A stretch of 64,000 bases of DNA from Bilabrum cf. latius (Eukaryota): NCBI GenBank assembly GCA_965178125.1, contig OZ237767.1:682001-746000 (forward strand). Direction: 5' to 3'. A model generated the notes under the pieces. The model was given only the letters and a program-made list of their open reading frames with translations, had not been told where the DNA came from and did not search any database. Positions 30,701 through 42,321 of this stretch are shown in pieces (the first letter of the stretch is position 1; each line of letters opens with the position of its first letter). The position numbers were made by a program, and so were the translations under genes.

Positions 30701-33700
30701 AGTGACTATTGCAGTGCTGAGGAGGCGACTGATTGAGGCCAATAGCACAATCACCGAGTAGGAAGGCGAGCTGGGCAGCCTACGCAGGAGCAAGGATCTT
30801 CTTGCAGAGCAGCTTAGGGACAGCCAGCAGCGCGAGGCTGAACTGCAGGCGAGGCTAAGGGCCAGTGCAGTCTCACTCGAAACCGCGGAAGAGCTTTTGC
30901 TAGGAGAGCGACACCGCGCTACAAAGCTACGCGATGAGTTGGATACAGCCCGCGAATAGCTGCAAGAATCGTCTCGCAGGTGCGTGGATGCCGAGGACAA
31001 GGCCAGGACTGCAGAGAGAGAGGCAGCGCTGGCCATCGCTCAGGTGCGCAGGGAGGATAAAGCGGACAGGGCGCTATCGGCGGCTCGAAGTAGCCTGAGA
31101 GAGGCGGGTGAGCATGTGAGGGAGCTGCAATCGCAGCTGCATGCTACCAAAGCCACACTCGACGATACCCGCCAAGCAAGAAGCGAAGCTGAGGCCAAGG
31201 CGGTCAGTGCAGAGGGCCGGCAGCGACGGGCCGAGAGGGAGCTGGAGGAGGCGCAGGAGAAGGTGAGAGCGCTGCGACGGCAGGCTGAGGACGAGCGGTC
31301 GTCGCTTGTCCGACGAATTGCAAGCTCCAGATCGTTATCGTCTGTCCTGGAGGACTCGTAGCAGCAGTCGCCCTCCCCAATCGCTACTCCAGGTCGGCCC
31401 AGAGCGAGTCGCAGCTCAGATTTGCCGCCCGTGGCGGACGACGAGCACAACGAGGCGGAAGGAAGCGACAGCGAGAGTGACAGCGACGCTAGCCTGGGCT
31501 TTACGGAGGCAGAAGGCGCGCGAATATCAACTGTGGATGATGTGGACGGGCTGGGGCTGGACGGTGGTCCCGAAGGATCGAGCAGCGCGGCCGCAGTAGT
31601 TGGACAGCCCCCTTCGCCGGTAAGGCATCCGTCCTCGCGATCTCTGAGACGGGCTCAAAGTCGTCGAGTGATGTAGATCCGCAAATCCATATCACCAGGG
31701 GGGCAGAGCCTGCTTCCAGTGCCTGCAACTGTGTCCACTAGCATCGAAGCTGATGGCAGCAGCGGTGGTAGCGCCGGGACTTCGTCACCTCGATCTGTCA
31801 GTGAGGATGCACCTGGCACCCCGTTAGGTTCAGTCAGTGACTTACGCTCGCCCTCTGCCCGGGAGAAGCACCTACAGCGCGCCCTTGAGGAAGTCACGGA
31901 GGCAAGGGACCTCGCCCTGGAGGAGTGCAGGCGGCTGCAGGCGTTCGGAAAAAGAGGGCTCGAGACTGGAGAAGCGGGCTCAGTGCGCGTGCAGACACTG
32001 GAGCGCGAGCTAGCAGATGCAATGGCTCGCATCTAGGAGCTGGAGAGCGTGCAGGCGTCAGCAAGCGGCTGGAGGGCACAAGCGGGAAGGGCAAGCCGTA
32101 GAGACTTGTAGAAGCTGGCAGCACTGGAGCAGGATCTACAGGAGAAAACTCACGAGGTTGCAGATCTGCAGGGCAGATGCGACGCGCTTCAGTTGGAGTT
32201 GGAACATGAGCGTGCTATGCATGCAGTACACTCTGACTCATTGGCTGCGATGGGCGAGCGCAAGGATGAAGGCCCGTAGTCAGAGCTACAAAGACTTGCT
32301 GACGAGCTAGAGGAGGCTAGGCATAGGGCAATAGAAGCTGAAGAACAGGCGGAGGAATTGCAGCGTCGCATGTCGAAGGTACACCCTCAGCTGGAGTAGG
32401 CTCATGGGGAGCTTGAGGTGCAACATGCCGTGGTGGAAGAGCTCAAGCGCAGGCAGGCAGAGTGGGAGCGACAACAGCTGCATCTGGAGCAGCAGATCGA
32501 GTCCTCAAGGCGCAAGGAGCAGGCAGCAGCTCGAATGCAAGAGGAGCTCCAGGCGCAGCTCAATGAGTCTACGCACGACGGCTAGCGCGCTGCCGAGGCC
32601 TTGGAGGAATTGCATGCCACTTCTCAAGCGAAAGAACAAGACTTGACGGAGAGCATTCGTTAGGTGACGCAACAAAAGCATGATGTTGAGGCCAGCCTAG
32701 AGGAAGCAGAGCGCAGGCGTCAGGGCTGCCTTGCGTTCCTGGCGAGGGCGAGGCCCAAGCAAGCCGAAAAGAGTGCTGCCACTCTGGCCTTGCACGTGTG
32801 GCGGGCGGCAAGTCGGCGTGTCAAAATACAACGTGCAGCCATCAAGTTTTTGCACAGCCGCAAGGTCAAGGCGGACGCGCTGTCTCGTCTTGCTGGCGCC
32901 ATGCGGTAGCGAGTTGCAACCGAACGAGCTGCCACGGCTATGGGGTAGGCCAGCCGTAGACGCACAGAGAAACGCAGCTTACGGGGTTGCTTTTTGGCCT
33001 GGAGGCAGGCGATCCAAGTCTCTAAATCACGCAAGCTGATGCTAGTACGGATCGTGAGGGCCTCGTTGGCGCGGCAGTTCCGAGCCAGGCTGGCCCTGCA
33101 GTGTGCTAGACGTTCAGTCGAGGCCGCTTAGCTGTTGAACTGCATTGTTGAGCTGCTGAAAGCTACTGGATGGAATGGACAGTAGCCAATGGCGTCGATT
33201 GGGGATGTTTTAGTAGCGACAGAAAGCGCCACCGCGACGATCCGGAACAGCATCAATGCGTCGAATGTGCACGAGCAGCACCGTAGGAGACTACCTGCCT
33301 CCATGGCAGCGTTGTTCGCAAAATCAAGATCAAACTCGGATTAGCAGCTCTGTAGGCTTGTTTTCACCGCGTGGATGCTGAAGAGCGCTTCGCAGCGACG
33401 CGCACGAGAGTAGGCTGCGGTCCGTGGGAACCGCGAGTCTGCCCAGCTGGCCCAAAGGGTTCTACAGGTATGGTACCTGCAGACCAGGCACCAGCTGGAG
33501 CGGCGCAGCATTGCAGAGAGAGCCATGGCACTGAGGCGTGCCGCTATAGAAGATGCCGCTATGCCAGCGCAGCGGAGCAATCGACGCACATCAGGCCCTG
33601 TGTTGGCAGTGGGGCCGCTTGTTGCTTCCGGGGCCAGCCCAAGTTAGTCAACCCACGGGCCACGCAACTCAATCTTTCGTCGGCACAGTGTGCTTGAGGC

Positions 33701-36700
33701 ATACATCCCATCGAGGGCCAGCCGATTTGTGCAGGTGCCTGCGCTGCAAGCAGCCTTATCCTCCATGCAGAGGTCGATTCAGGCTATGGACAGGGCTCGA
33801 ACCAGGACTTCTATGTTGCGATGCTTCGCAGGGTGGAAAAAGTATCTCGATCTAGCGACGCAATTTAGAAAGGGCTGCTGGAAGCTATCTCATACGCTGC
33901 GCTGGCGTGCACTTCGCATCGGTATACGCAGGATGCAAGCCCACGCAGTCAAATCACGAACGGCAGATTTGGAGCTCCAGTTTAAGGCCGAATAGAGAAA
34001 GGCCAGACACTACAAAGAGCAAGCCGAGGATGCTCTCGTTGCCGCAGTTCAAGCAAAACAGGCAGAATTAGATACGTCGCGTGAGCAGGCTGCGAGGCGG
34101 ACGCGTGCGCTGCAGGCAGAGCTGGAGGAGCGCGGCGCTACGGTGGCGGGTCTGCGCGCGGAGCTGGAGGGAGCGGCAGATCGAGAGCGGTCACTGCAGC
34201 TGCGTCAGCGGCGGCTGGCATTGCAGGCAGTGCAGCGCATGCAGAGCGGGGTGGTGGGTCGTGTCTTTGGTCGATGGCGCGAGTGGACGGCGAGTCGGGG
34301 GCGTGCGCGTCGCGTGCTGCAGCGGCTGGTGCTGGCGCACAGCTCTAGCGGCCTGCTGAGCGGCTGGCGTCGTTGGGTGGAGCACACGCGTGCGTCGAAA
34401 GAGGCTGCGCTGCGTGATTCATTGGCCGAGCAGGAGCGGGAGATGGCGCGCCTGCGGGCGGACGCATCTGTGGCGCTGCGTGACGCATTGGCAGCGAAGG
34501 GGGCAGAGCTGGATGCCGCGCGGGAGCAGGCTGCGAGGCGGACGCGTGCGCTGCAGGCAGAGCTGGAGGAGCGCGGCGCTACGGTGGCGGGTCTGCGCGC
34601 GGAGCTGGAGGGAGCGGCAGATCGAGAGCGGTCACTGCAGCTGCGTCAGCGGCGGCTGGCATTGCAGGCAGTGCAGCGCATGCAGAGCGGGGTGGTGGGT
34701 CGTGTCTTTGGTCGATGGCGCGAGTGGACGGCGAGTCGGGGGCGTGCGCGTCGCGTGCTGCAGCGGCTGGTGCTGGCGCACAGCTCTAGCGGCCTGCTGA
34801 GCGGCTGGCGTCGTTGGGTGGAGCACACGCGTGCGTCGAAAGAGGCTGCGCTGCGTGATTCATTGGCCGAGCAGGAGCGGGAGATGGCGCGCCTGCGGGC
34901 GGACGCATCTGTGGCGCTGCGTGACGCATTGGCAGCGAAGGGGGCAGAGCTGGATGCCGCGCTGGAGCAGGCTGCGAGGCGGACGCGTGCGCTGCAGGCA
35001 GAGCTGGAGGAGCGCGGCGCTACGGTGGCGGGTCTGCGCGCGGAGCTGGAGGGAGCGGCAGATCGAGAGCGGGCCGTAGATTGCTTGGTGGCTTAGCTAT
35101 CTTCTAGAAGGGTTAAGCTAAGCACATTGCTTCGTTGGAAGCGATTTGCTGTACAGAAACGCGTGGTTCGCGGTACATTGGGTCGCTTAGCTAATCACTC
35201 TATGCACAGCAGGCTTAGGTCAGCGTTCAGCATATGGGTCCGGTTCTGTCGGTACAAAGAAAGACGAGGCGCTCGCGATGACGCTCGGCGTGTAAGGGAG
35301 TTGTCGCGTCGTGTTGCGCAACGGGCTGATTCGCAGATTGAGGAGCATTTGAAATCCAGAGACGCCAGGGTAGCGGCGCTTTAGGCCCGACTGAAAGACA
35401 TGGAAGGTGCTACATAGTAGGAGAAGGCTGAGTTGTAGAAATAGTTACATCGAGCTTAGGAGCATATAGGCATCATCGAAAATGAGAAAGATGCTGCGTT
35501 GCGTGCTCTCGGGTACGCTCGACAGGCGAGACTCGCAGCAGCCTAGAAGCTTGCACTGGGCTCACTTCGAAACCAGCACCGGCTCAGGCTGTGTCATGCT
35601 GACATGCCAGGGAAGGTCTTGGCAGCAGTACTTCCTGGCGCCAGGCCACACCGCGAGGCCATACATGATGTACTTGCTGCATTGCGAGGTAACGCTTAGC
35701 AGCGGGGCAACGCACCGAGTATCGCTGGCACAGAATCACAGCCGCGAGCTACCTTGCCTGGCGCCGAGATATGGTCGCAGGATCCAGACTAGGTGCAGGC
35801 CATCGCCGAAGCATAGGTCCTGCACGAGCGAGCGGAGTTCTACAAGGAGCTATGCGAGGAGCTGCAGAAGTCTTTGGGCGACTAGCACAGGCGAGCCGAT
35901 ACCTTGCGGAGGGAAGCCGCCCGCACCGAGCGAGGCTTTAATGAGCAGCTCCGTGGGACTGTCCAGAGCATAGTTGCTGAGCTCCGCCCGAAGGACCATC
36001 CAGCAAATGATAGCATGGGGGGCACACGGCGTGATGCGCTGCCTGATCAAGAGAGAGAGGCGGATATGTCCGGGACCACGCATAGCGTTGCCTACCTTCC
36101 GCACCAGCACGCAGAAGGCGAGCCAGGTGAGACTATGCGGTCGAAACCGAGGCCAAGGACTCGTTTGGTCCGGCTCACAGGACAAGAGCTAGTCGAGCGT
36201 CCTGCATCGGAGTTGCCTCGCGGAACGAGACCTGCGGATGCGCGGAACCTGCCTACAGCTTCCTTAACAAGAAGGCCCCGGCGGTTTACGTACGACGCAA
36301 GAACTGGAAGGCGGGTCCCTTTGAGAGAATTTATATCATTGGACGCGGTGGCAGCGGGCGAGCCAGACAAGGGGGGGGCGGCAGAAGCGATACAATTGCA
36401 TGGACAGCAAACAAGTCGCGGACCACTGCGTACGAGCTCAAGGCCTTCTTCGCCAGGACTGCGACCATCTGGTGTTGAGACCAAGGAGCAGGACGAGGAC
36501 ATGGGTCCGACTGGAGGGGGCGCACTGTCTCCCGATAGGATGCACGAGCAGAGCCGGCAGAACGGCAAGCCTTCATCGCCAGATTTTGAAGAGCGCCAAG
36601 TTCCGGGGAAGCCACCGCGCAGGGTTGCAAGCAGGCGCGACAAGCGTGGCAGTGGGGATGACCCGATACCGGCATCATAGCGGCGTGCAGCACTGTTAAC

Positions 36701-38105
36701 TAGACTGAAGGCTGTGAGGTTGGGTCAAGGTGCTGGTCCAAGCCCTCATGCTGTATGGTAGTAGGAAACGCAACACGACTACGGACAAGCATGGAGATCC
36801 AAAGTGCCCCCGTCATTGGTGTAGTCATCGACAGATGCACATCGAGACATGGCTGTCATTGCAGGGCAGCCATCGAGGCAGACCCCCGAACAGATGGCAG
36901 AGCACGAGCGTCGATCCGCATCATTGCCACCTTTACCACAAGGCACTCATTTGGCCAGCAGCGGAGCACTCGGACTCGATTATCCGGAGGCTGACCATTT
37001 GGAGGGTTCAGTCCTGCCAGCTGAGCAGATATTGCACGAACACCAGCCGGGACCTATGCATGACGGCACGCCCCGGCAGCACCGGCCAATACCTGTGCGT
37101 GACGGCACGCCCCGGCAGCACCAGCCAATACCTGTGCATGACGGCACGCCCCGGCAGCACCAGCCGGGAGCTGTGCATGGCGGCACGCCCCGGCAGCACC
37201 GGCCGGGAGCTGTGCGTGACGGCACGCCCCGGCAGCACCAGCCGGGAGCTGTGCATGACGGCACGCCCCGGCAGCACCGGCCAATACCTGTGCGTGACCG
37301 CACGCCCCGGCAGCACCAGCCGGGAGCTGTGCATGACGGCACGCCCCGGCAGCACCGGCCAATACCTGTGCATGACGGCACGCCCCGGCAGCACCAGCCG
37401 GGAGCTGTGCATGGCGGCACGCCCCGGCAGCACCAGCCAATACCTGTGCATGACGGCACGCCCCGGCAGCACCGGCCAATAATACCTGTGCATGACGGCA
37501 CGCCCCGGCAGCACCAGCCGGGAGCTGTGCATGGCGGCACGCCCCGGCAGCACCAGCCGAGACCTGTGCGTGACGGCACGCCCCGGCAGCACCGGCCAAT
37601 ACCTGTGCGTGACGGCACGCCCCGGCAGCACCAGCCGGGAGCTGTGCGTGACGGCACGCCCCGGCAGCACCGGCCAATAATACCTGTGCATGACGGCACG
37701 CCCCGGCAGCACCAGCCGGGAGCTGTGCATGGCGGCACGCCCCGGCAGCACCGGCCAATAATACCTATGCATGACAGCGCACCCCATGTGCGCCAGACAT
37801 ACACTAGCAGTGCCTCCTTTGGACAGCCAACTACGTCAAGTACTAGTAGGAGTCAGGGTCCTCTTGACCGGGTTCACAGTCCTCGCGAGAGCTATGATGG
37901 CGGGCGTGCGCAACACAACGCCATTGATGCAGATGAAGCCCCGGAGTTGGATCGAGACGAGAGCGAGAGGGTGCTATGTGCTCAAGGCATGGTAGCCCTG
38001 CGAGAGGCTGAGATCGGGCTGCTGGCGGGGGCTCTGCACCGCGAGCACGAGCTCAGGGAGGCCGGCAGTACCCTGGGACGAGCCATGGAGAGAACGTTGC
38101 ACTGA
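27762..38105 (+). CDS. ~3,450-aa disordered/coiled-coil protein with Sfi1-like (centrin-binding-type) repeats; about 37 in-frame TAGs
   Basis: One frame runs from ATG 27762 (MDWNDFGEESD) to TGA 38103-38105 with no TAA/TGA when read through all gaps. It has E/Q/R/A-rich heptads and F/LxxW(R/K) motifs (VFGRWREW, LLSGWRRW, CFAGWKKY, CFLAWRQ). An upstream exon cannot be excluded. Confidence 0.82.
30352..30552 (+). repeat. 33-bp coding tandem repeat x6 (PPAEVASSESN)
   Basis: ctcctgcagaggtcgcaagtagcgagtcaaacc repeated six times identically. Confidence 0.95.
34083..35072 (+). repeat. 441-bp (147-aa) coding tandem repeat, ~2.2 copies, Sfi1-like
   Basis: Near-identical units with gagcaggctgcgaggcggacg recurring at ~34083, ~34524 and ~34965. 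Confidence 0.92.
37041..37775 (+). repeat. 39/42-bp coding minisatellite, ~18 copies, (H/R)(D/G)GTPRQH(Q/R)P(GA/IP)V
   Basis: Core gcacgccccggcagcacc repeated with two alternating spacer types. Confidence 0.93.
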
Positions 38106-38367
38106 AATAGGCCATAAGAACAAACGTTTGCGGAACCCAATTTCACACGGTGGGCCCTAGTGAAAAACTGATTCGTAGAGACATAATGTATTCGAGCCCT
38201 TTCAGCCCAGCATAGCTAATTGGCGCAGGTGTTTGCGGTTGGCGCTTTTCGCGGAAAGTGCACGGAACTATCACAGGCATCCACGAAATTTACCCTACAA
38301 ATTATTCTGGAATTCGAAATACACATTCCTGCATTCACTGGCGTCTTCGCATCTCGAAACACTAGCT

Positions 38368-39129
38368 ATGGATTTCTTCACTAAGAACGAGTCTGAGTAG
38401 AAAGCAGAAACTACGTCAAGCATTCCAGCCCCTGGCAGTGGCGCAGCTGCGCCTCAAGTTGATGCTCAGCCGGCTGGGCTGTTCGCATTTTTCGGCGCAG
38501 GCCCAGCAGGCCCTGGAGCCCCGCCACCGCCTGCAGGAGGTACCGAAGAAGAGAACTCTGGACTAATGGGGTACTTGAATCCATTTGCAGCCACGCCAGC
38601 CAACGAGGAAGATTGGACATGTGGGCTCACGAGGATTCAGAGGCTCCAGGTGTTCATGGTGCTCCTCCTTGTGTCGGCTGCGTTTTTCCTGCTTGCATTT
38701 TTTATGCTCCCAATGGTTATTCTGTTTCCAGCCAAGTTTGCAATGTCGTTTACCATTGCTTCGATTCTATTCATGTCAGCTTTTGCGGTGCTGAACGGGG
38801 TTCGACCGACGCTGTCCAATTTGTTGCATCAGGATAGGGTTTACTTCACTGGAGCATATGTAGGTTCGCTGCTCCTAACTCTGTACGCTACGTTTGTCGC
38901 ATCGAGTTACTTGCTGATTCTAGTGTCGGCGGGCACTCAGGTTGTTGCTTTGATGTGGTACGGAGCCACGTATATACCAGGAGGTACGCAGGGCATGAGA
39001 ATGCTTTCGGGGGTGTGCTGGGCGATGGCGCAATCGATTTGTGGTGGGCTGGGCCGTATGGCAACCGGCAGTGGAGGCTCTGGGGCCGGGGCTGCGGGCG
39101 GCGCAGGAGGCGGACCAATGGCGGTGTGA
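38368..39129 (+). CDS. SFT2: SFT2/Got1-family vesicle transport protein (tetraspan), 253 aa
   Basis: GLTRIQRLQVF, PAKFAMSFTIAS, YVGSLLLTLY, ALMWYGATYIPGG. The ATG at 38368 (MDFFTKNESE*KAE) is in frame through TAG 38398-38400, and the gene ends in TGA. Confidence 0.85.
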
Positions 39130-39371
39130 TTGGATGGGGCCACTTGTCCGCCGTCTAGCAATACATCCGGGGGTCTGGCTGTTAGTCTGCTGTTGATCAG
39201 CGCCTAGTTGTGGGCTAAGCAGGCATGTATGGACGTGTTCTCGCATCTGTGCTCTGCCAGTGGAGGGCACCAGCAGGGGCAGGGGCAGGGGCATGGCCCT
39301 ACGGATCGCGCATCCAGGTCTGGCTGAGGTTGGCCGGGACAGCTAGGCTGCTAATGCGAAGGGTCCAGTAG

Positions 39372-39698
39372 TCAGGCTGGAGCCATAGCGACTCCATTAC
39401 TGACTGCGATTGATTGTGCCAGACGATGCTCGGCCATGAGCTGGTGCTTGTCCGAGGCCGACAGGAAGGTGAAGTTGCGGTCCAGGTGCACCTTAAGCCC
39501 GCGGGTGCACATGACGCCGCCATCCGAGGGGTCTCGGTTGGTGTCGTTGCTGACGACCACGATGATGTCGATCTCCTGGATCAGCTTTCCGTTTTTTGTG
39601 CCAGTGGGTTGCGTTCGCTGCATTGCAGAATGACCCTTAGAGCCGGGAAGGATAACGTGTTGTTTTTGACCATTGCAACGAAGGGAAACTTTGTGCAT
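39372..39698 (-). pseudogene. Partial duplicate of the 39806-40576 gene (fragment or truncated paralog)
   Basis: 39432-39587 matches 40205-40360 with only 2 visible mismatches. The flanks are unrelated, and the family N-terminus and TM hairpin are absent. Confidence 0.5.
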
Positions 39699-39805
39699 TC
39701 GAAAGCGGAACAGTCTGGCTCCGAGTTGTGCTCGGCCTAGGCCTAATCCAAGATAGGCCTAGAGTCCAGGTCTCGGTTCGGATGGGCGTCAATGCTCCGC
39801 AGGTC

Positions 39806-40576
39806 TCACGAGTTCCGTCTATTCCCCTCGCCCAAGCACGCGCACACCACCAGCACACACGGGATTACCACGAGCCACGTGCCCGTCCTTCGCCTGCTGT
39901 CGCATTGCTCCGATTCGCCTCGGTCGCAAGATGACAGCTAGGCGATTCCCACGATCAGCATGATGAACAGTGCGCACATGACCGCGAGAGCGAAGCATCC
40001 CGCCATGGTGCCGACAATGTCCTGACCGATTGACACGACAGGCGCGGGGGCGGGAGCGGGCGCCTGCCTGTACACGGTCACTGTCTGCACCTGCACGCGC
40101 TGCGCCCTGGACCCCTGGATCACCCTCGCCACCTCCCTGCCCAGCGCCTCGTAGGCATTTCGGGAGATGCCCAACAGGTCCAGCGAACGCCTGGAGCCGT
40201 GCTTGGCCATGAGCTGGTGCTTGTCCGAGGCCGACAGGAAGGTGACGTTGCGGTCCAGGTGCACCTTAAGCCCGCGGGTGCACATGACGCCGCCATCCGA
40301 GGGGTCTCGGTTGGTGTCGTTGCTGACGACCACGATGATGTCGATCTCCTGGATGAGCTTATATCCTGCTAGGAGCTCGCTGTTTGTAAGCGGCTTGATT
40401 CTGAGATTCCGCAGGATGGCGGTGTGCTAACCGCTGGTAGAGTGGCTGAGAAGGAAGTCTGCCACATTTGCAACAACAGCCTCAGCGACCGACCTGTCTC
40501 CACTGAGCGTAGTGGTAGCTCCTATTCGTTCTTGTTCGATTGTGGTCCGTTCCTGCACTCGCATTGCGGTCGCCAT
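39806..40576 (-). CDS. Hypothetical 256-aa protein with C-terminal two-TM hairpin (paralog A)
   Basis: MATAMRVQERTTIEQERIGAT...IKPLTNSELL...HLDRNVTFLSASDKHQLMA...LFIMLIVGIA*LSSCD...WLVVIPCVLVVCAC...TGA, with TAGs at 40427 and 39938. It is colinear with 41065-41829. Confidence 0.75.
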
Positions 40577-41064
40577 CTTGGCGGCGATATTCTATTCTCA
40601 AGACCTGCGATGGCACAGGCTACACTCGCCATGGAAATCTCACAATGAACACTAAGCGCCACTATAATTTGAAAATAAACTCAATCGTTCGGGGCCTAAT
40701 CGTTGCCACCTGCAGTATCGTAAGCCATAGTCAAACTTACTTAGGTCAAGCAAGGATCCGCGTATTGAAACAAGCAAATTCCCGCTGACACGCTGGAGGA
40801 AGCAGCACGCTTGCTGGAAGCTTTTGGTTCACTTGGAGTTCACGTAGTCTCTACCCCGAAGGAATCGATAGTCTACCTTTGTGAGCCTCTGCAGAGACAA
40901 CATTTGGTGGATTGGACAGTGTGAAGAGAAGGAGAACGACAATTAATATTGTGACTTGACTCAAGTTGAACCGATGTGGACTATAGGGCCTTGGAAATAG
41001 TCTGCAGGATGGTAAAATCCTTGCCGAACGCGCAGCTGCAAAACGATAGCAGACCCACCCGCCG

Positions 41065-41829
41065 TCAGCTATCATTCTTGCCCCGTTCGTACACAGCTCT
41101 GCAGCAGCAGCACAGAATCAGTCCCCCTCCGACGCACGTCAGGGCGATCCCTGTCTGGCAGTCCCCGTCCGTGCTACACTGCGTCCACATTACAATCCCT
41201 GCGATTAACATCGCCAGTACGCCGCAAATACACAGGAGACCAATGCACGCTCCTAACGCATCGGCGTTGCTATTACCAGACCCGCTTGAGTCTGACGCTC
41301 CAGTCAGCAATGGCCGGCTCCTGGATCCCGAGCTGGAGGGGATGTACAGCGTCGTGGACGAAGACGAGATCCGAGCACGACGTACCACCTGGCAGAGCGT
41401 CTCGTACGATTGCTTAGAGAGACACAGGAGCTTCACGGAAGTTCTGCTCCCTTGCTGAGCAATAAGCGCCTGCCTGTCCTTCGCAGCCAGCAAAGTTACT
41501 GCTCTGTCCAGGTGCATTGTAGTGTGCCTCGCGATAAGTATGTTACCGTTCCGGGGGTTCTTGTTGTGCTCGTTTGGTACTACAAGGACAACCGGCAGAT
41601 CATTGATTAGTTGTAATCCCAGCATAAGCTCAGCATCCGACAGTGGCTTGATCGTAAGAGAGCGAAGCGCTGAATCCTACACACCGGGAGGAAGATCTTC
41701 ACGAAGATACTTAGCAGTTTCGATTACCGCCGACTGGGCGATGTCTCGATCACTATAAATGGTATGGGTTGCCCCGATAGCCCTCTATTCCATCGACAAG
41801 CTATGCTGCACACGCATGGCTGCCGCCAT
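41065..41829 (-). CDS. Hypothetical 254-aa protein with C-terminal two-TM hairpin (paralog B)
   Basis: MAAAMRVQHSLSME*RAIGAT...IKPLSDAELM...HLDRAVTLLAAKDRQALIA...LAMLIAGIVMW...LILCCCC...TGA, with TAGs at 41785 and 41677. Confidence 0.75.
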
Positions 41830-42321
41830 CTCATTGGTCTTCAAGAATGCACGAGTGTCCAAACTGCAGAACCCAGGGGTACGCGTAGGCAAACACGGAG
41901 CTGATTTATAGTAAATACACCATTGCATAATACATTAGGCGCAAATTGTGGGACACCATGGGGCGCAGATCCAACCCACTCGTGGATCTGCTGGTTCCAA
42001 CGCAGATACACGCCGGTTTTAACGGCACTTATTACAAGCTAGAAATGGTTACAAGACTTTGTAATTTATATTACTTTGTAGATCTCACGATTAAGTTGCA
42101 GTGGAGGCTCTTCTTAGAGTGATCTGCTTGCCCGATGGTCAATCAGGTCAATCGCAACAAATTTATTGTAACGTACGATTACTGCTTAAATGTGGCAAAC
42201 GGAAAGGTCTGAACTCAGAACAGGTTGGGACCCTCAGACGGAATTCCTGCACTGTGATAGGTTCCGTGCATACAATCTGTAAATTCAAAACTATTGACGC
42301 CGCTTAGATCCTGGATCAGTG

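Noticed and set aside
30352-37775. 33-bp and 39-bp repeats as CRISPR arrays
   Set aside because: They are head-to-tail repeats without unique spacers, in frame within a eukaryotic CDS, with no cas genes nearby.
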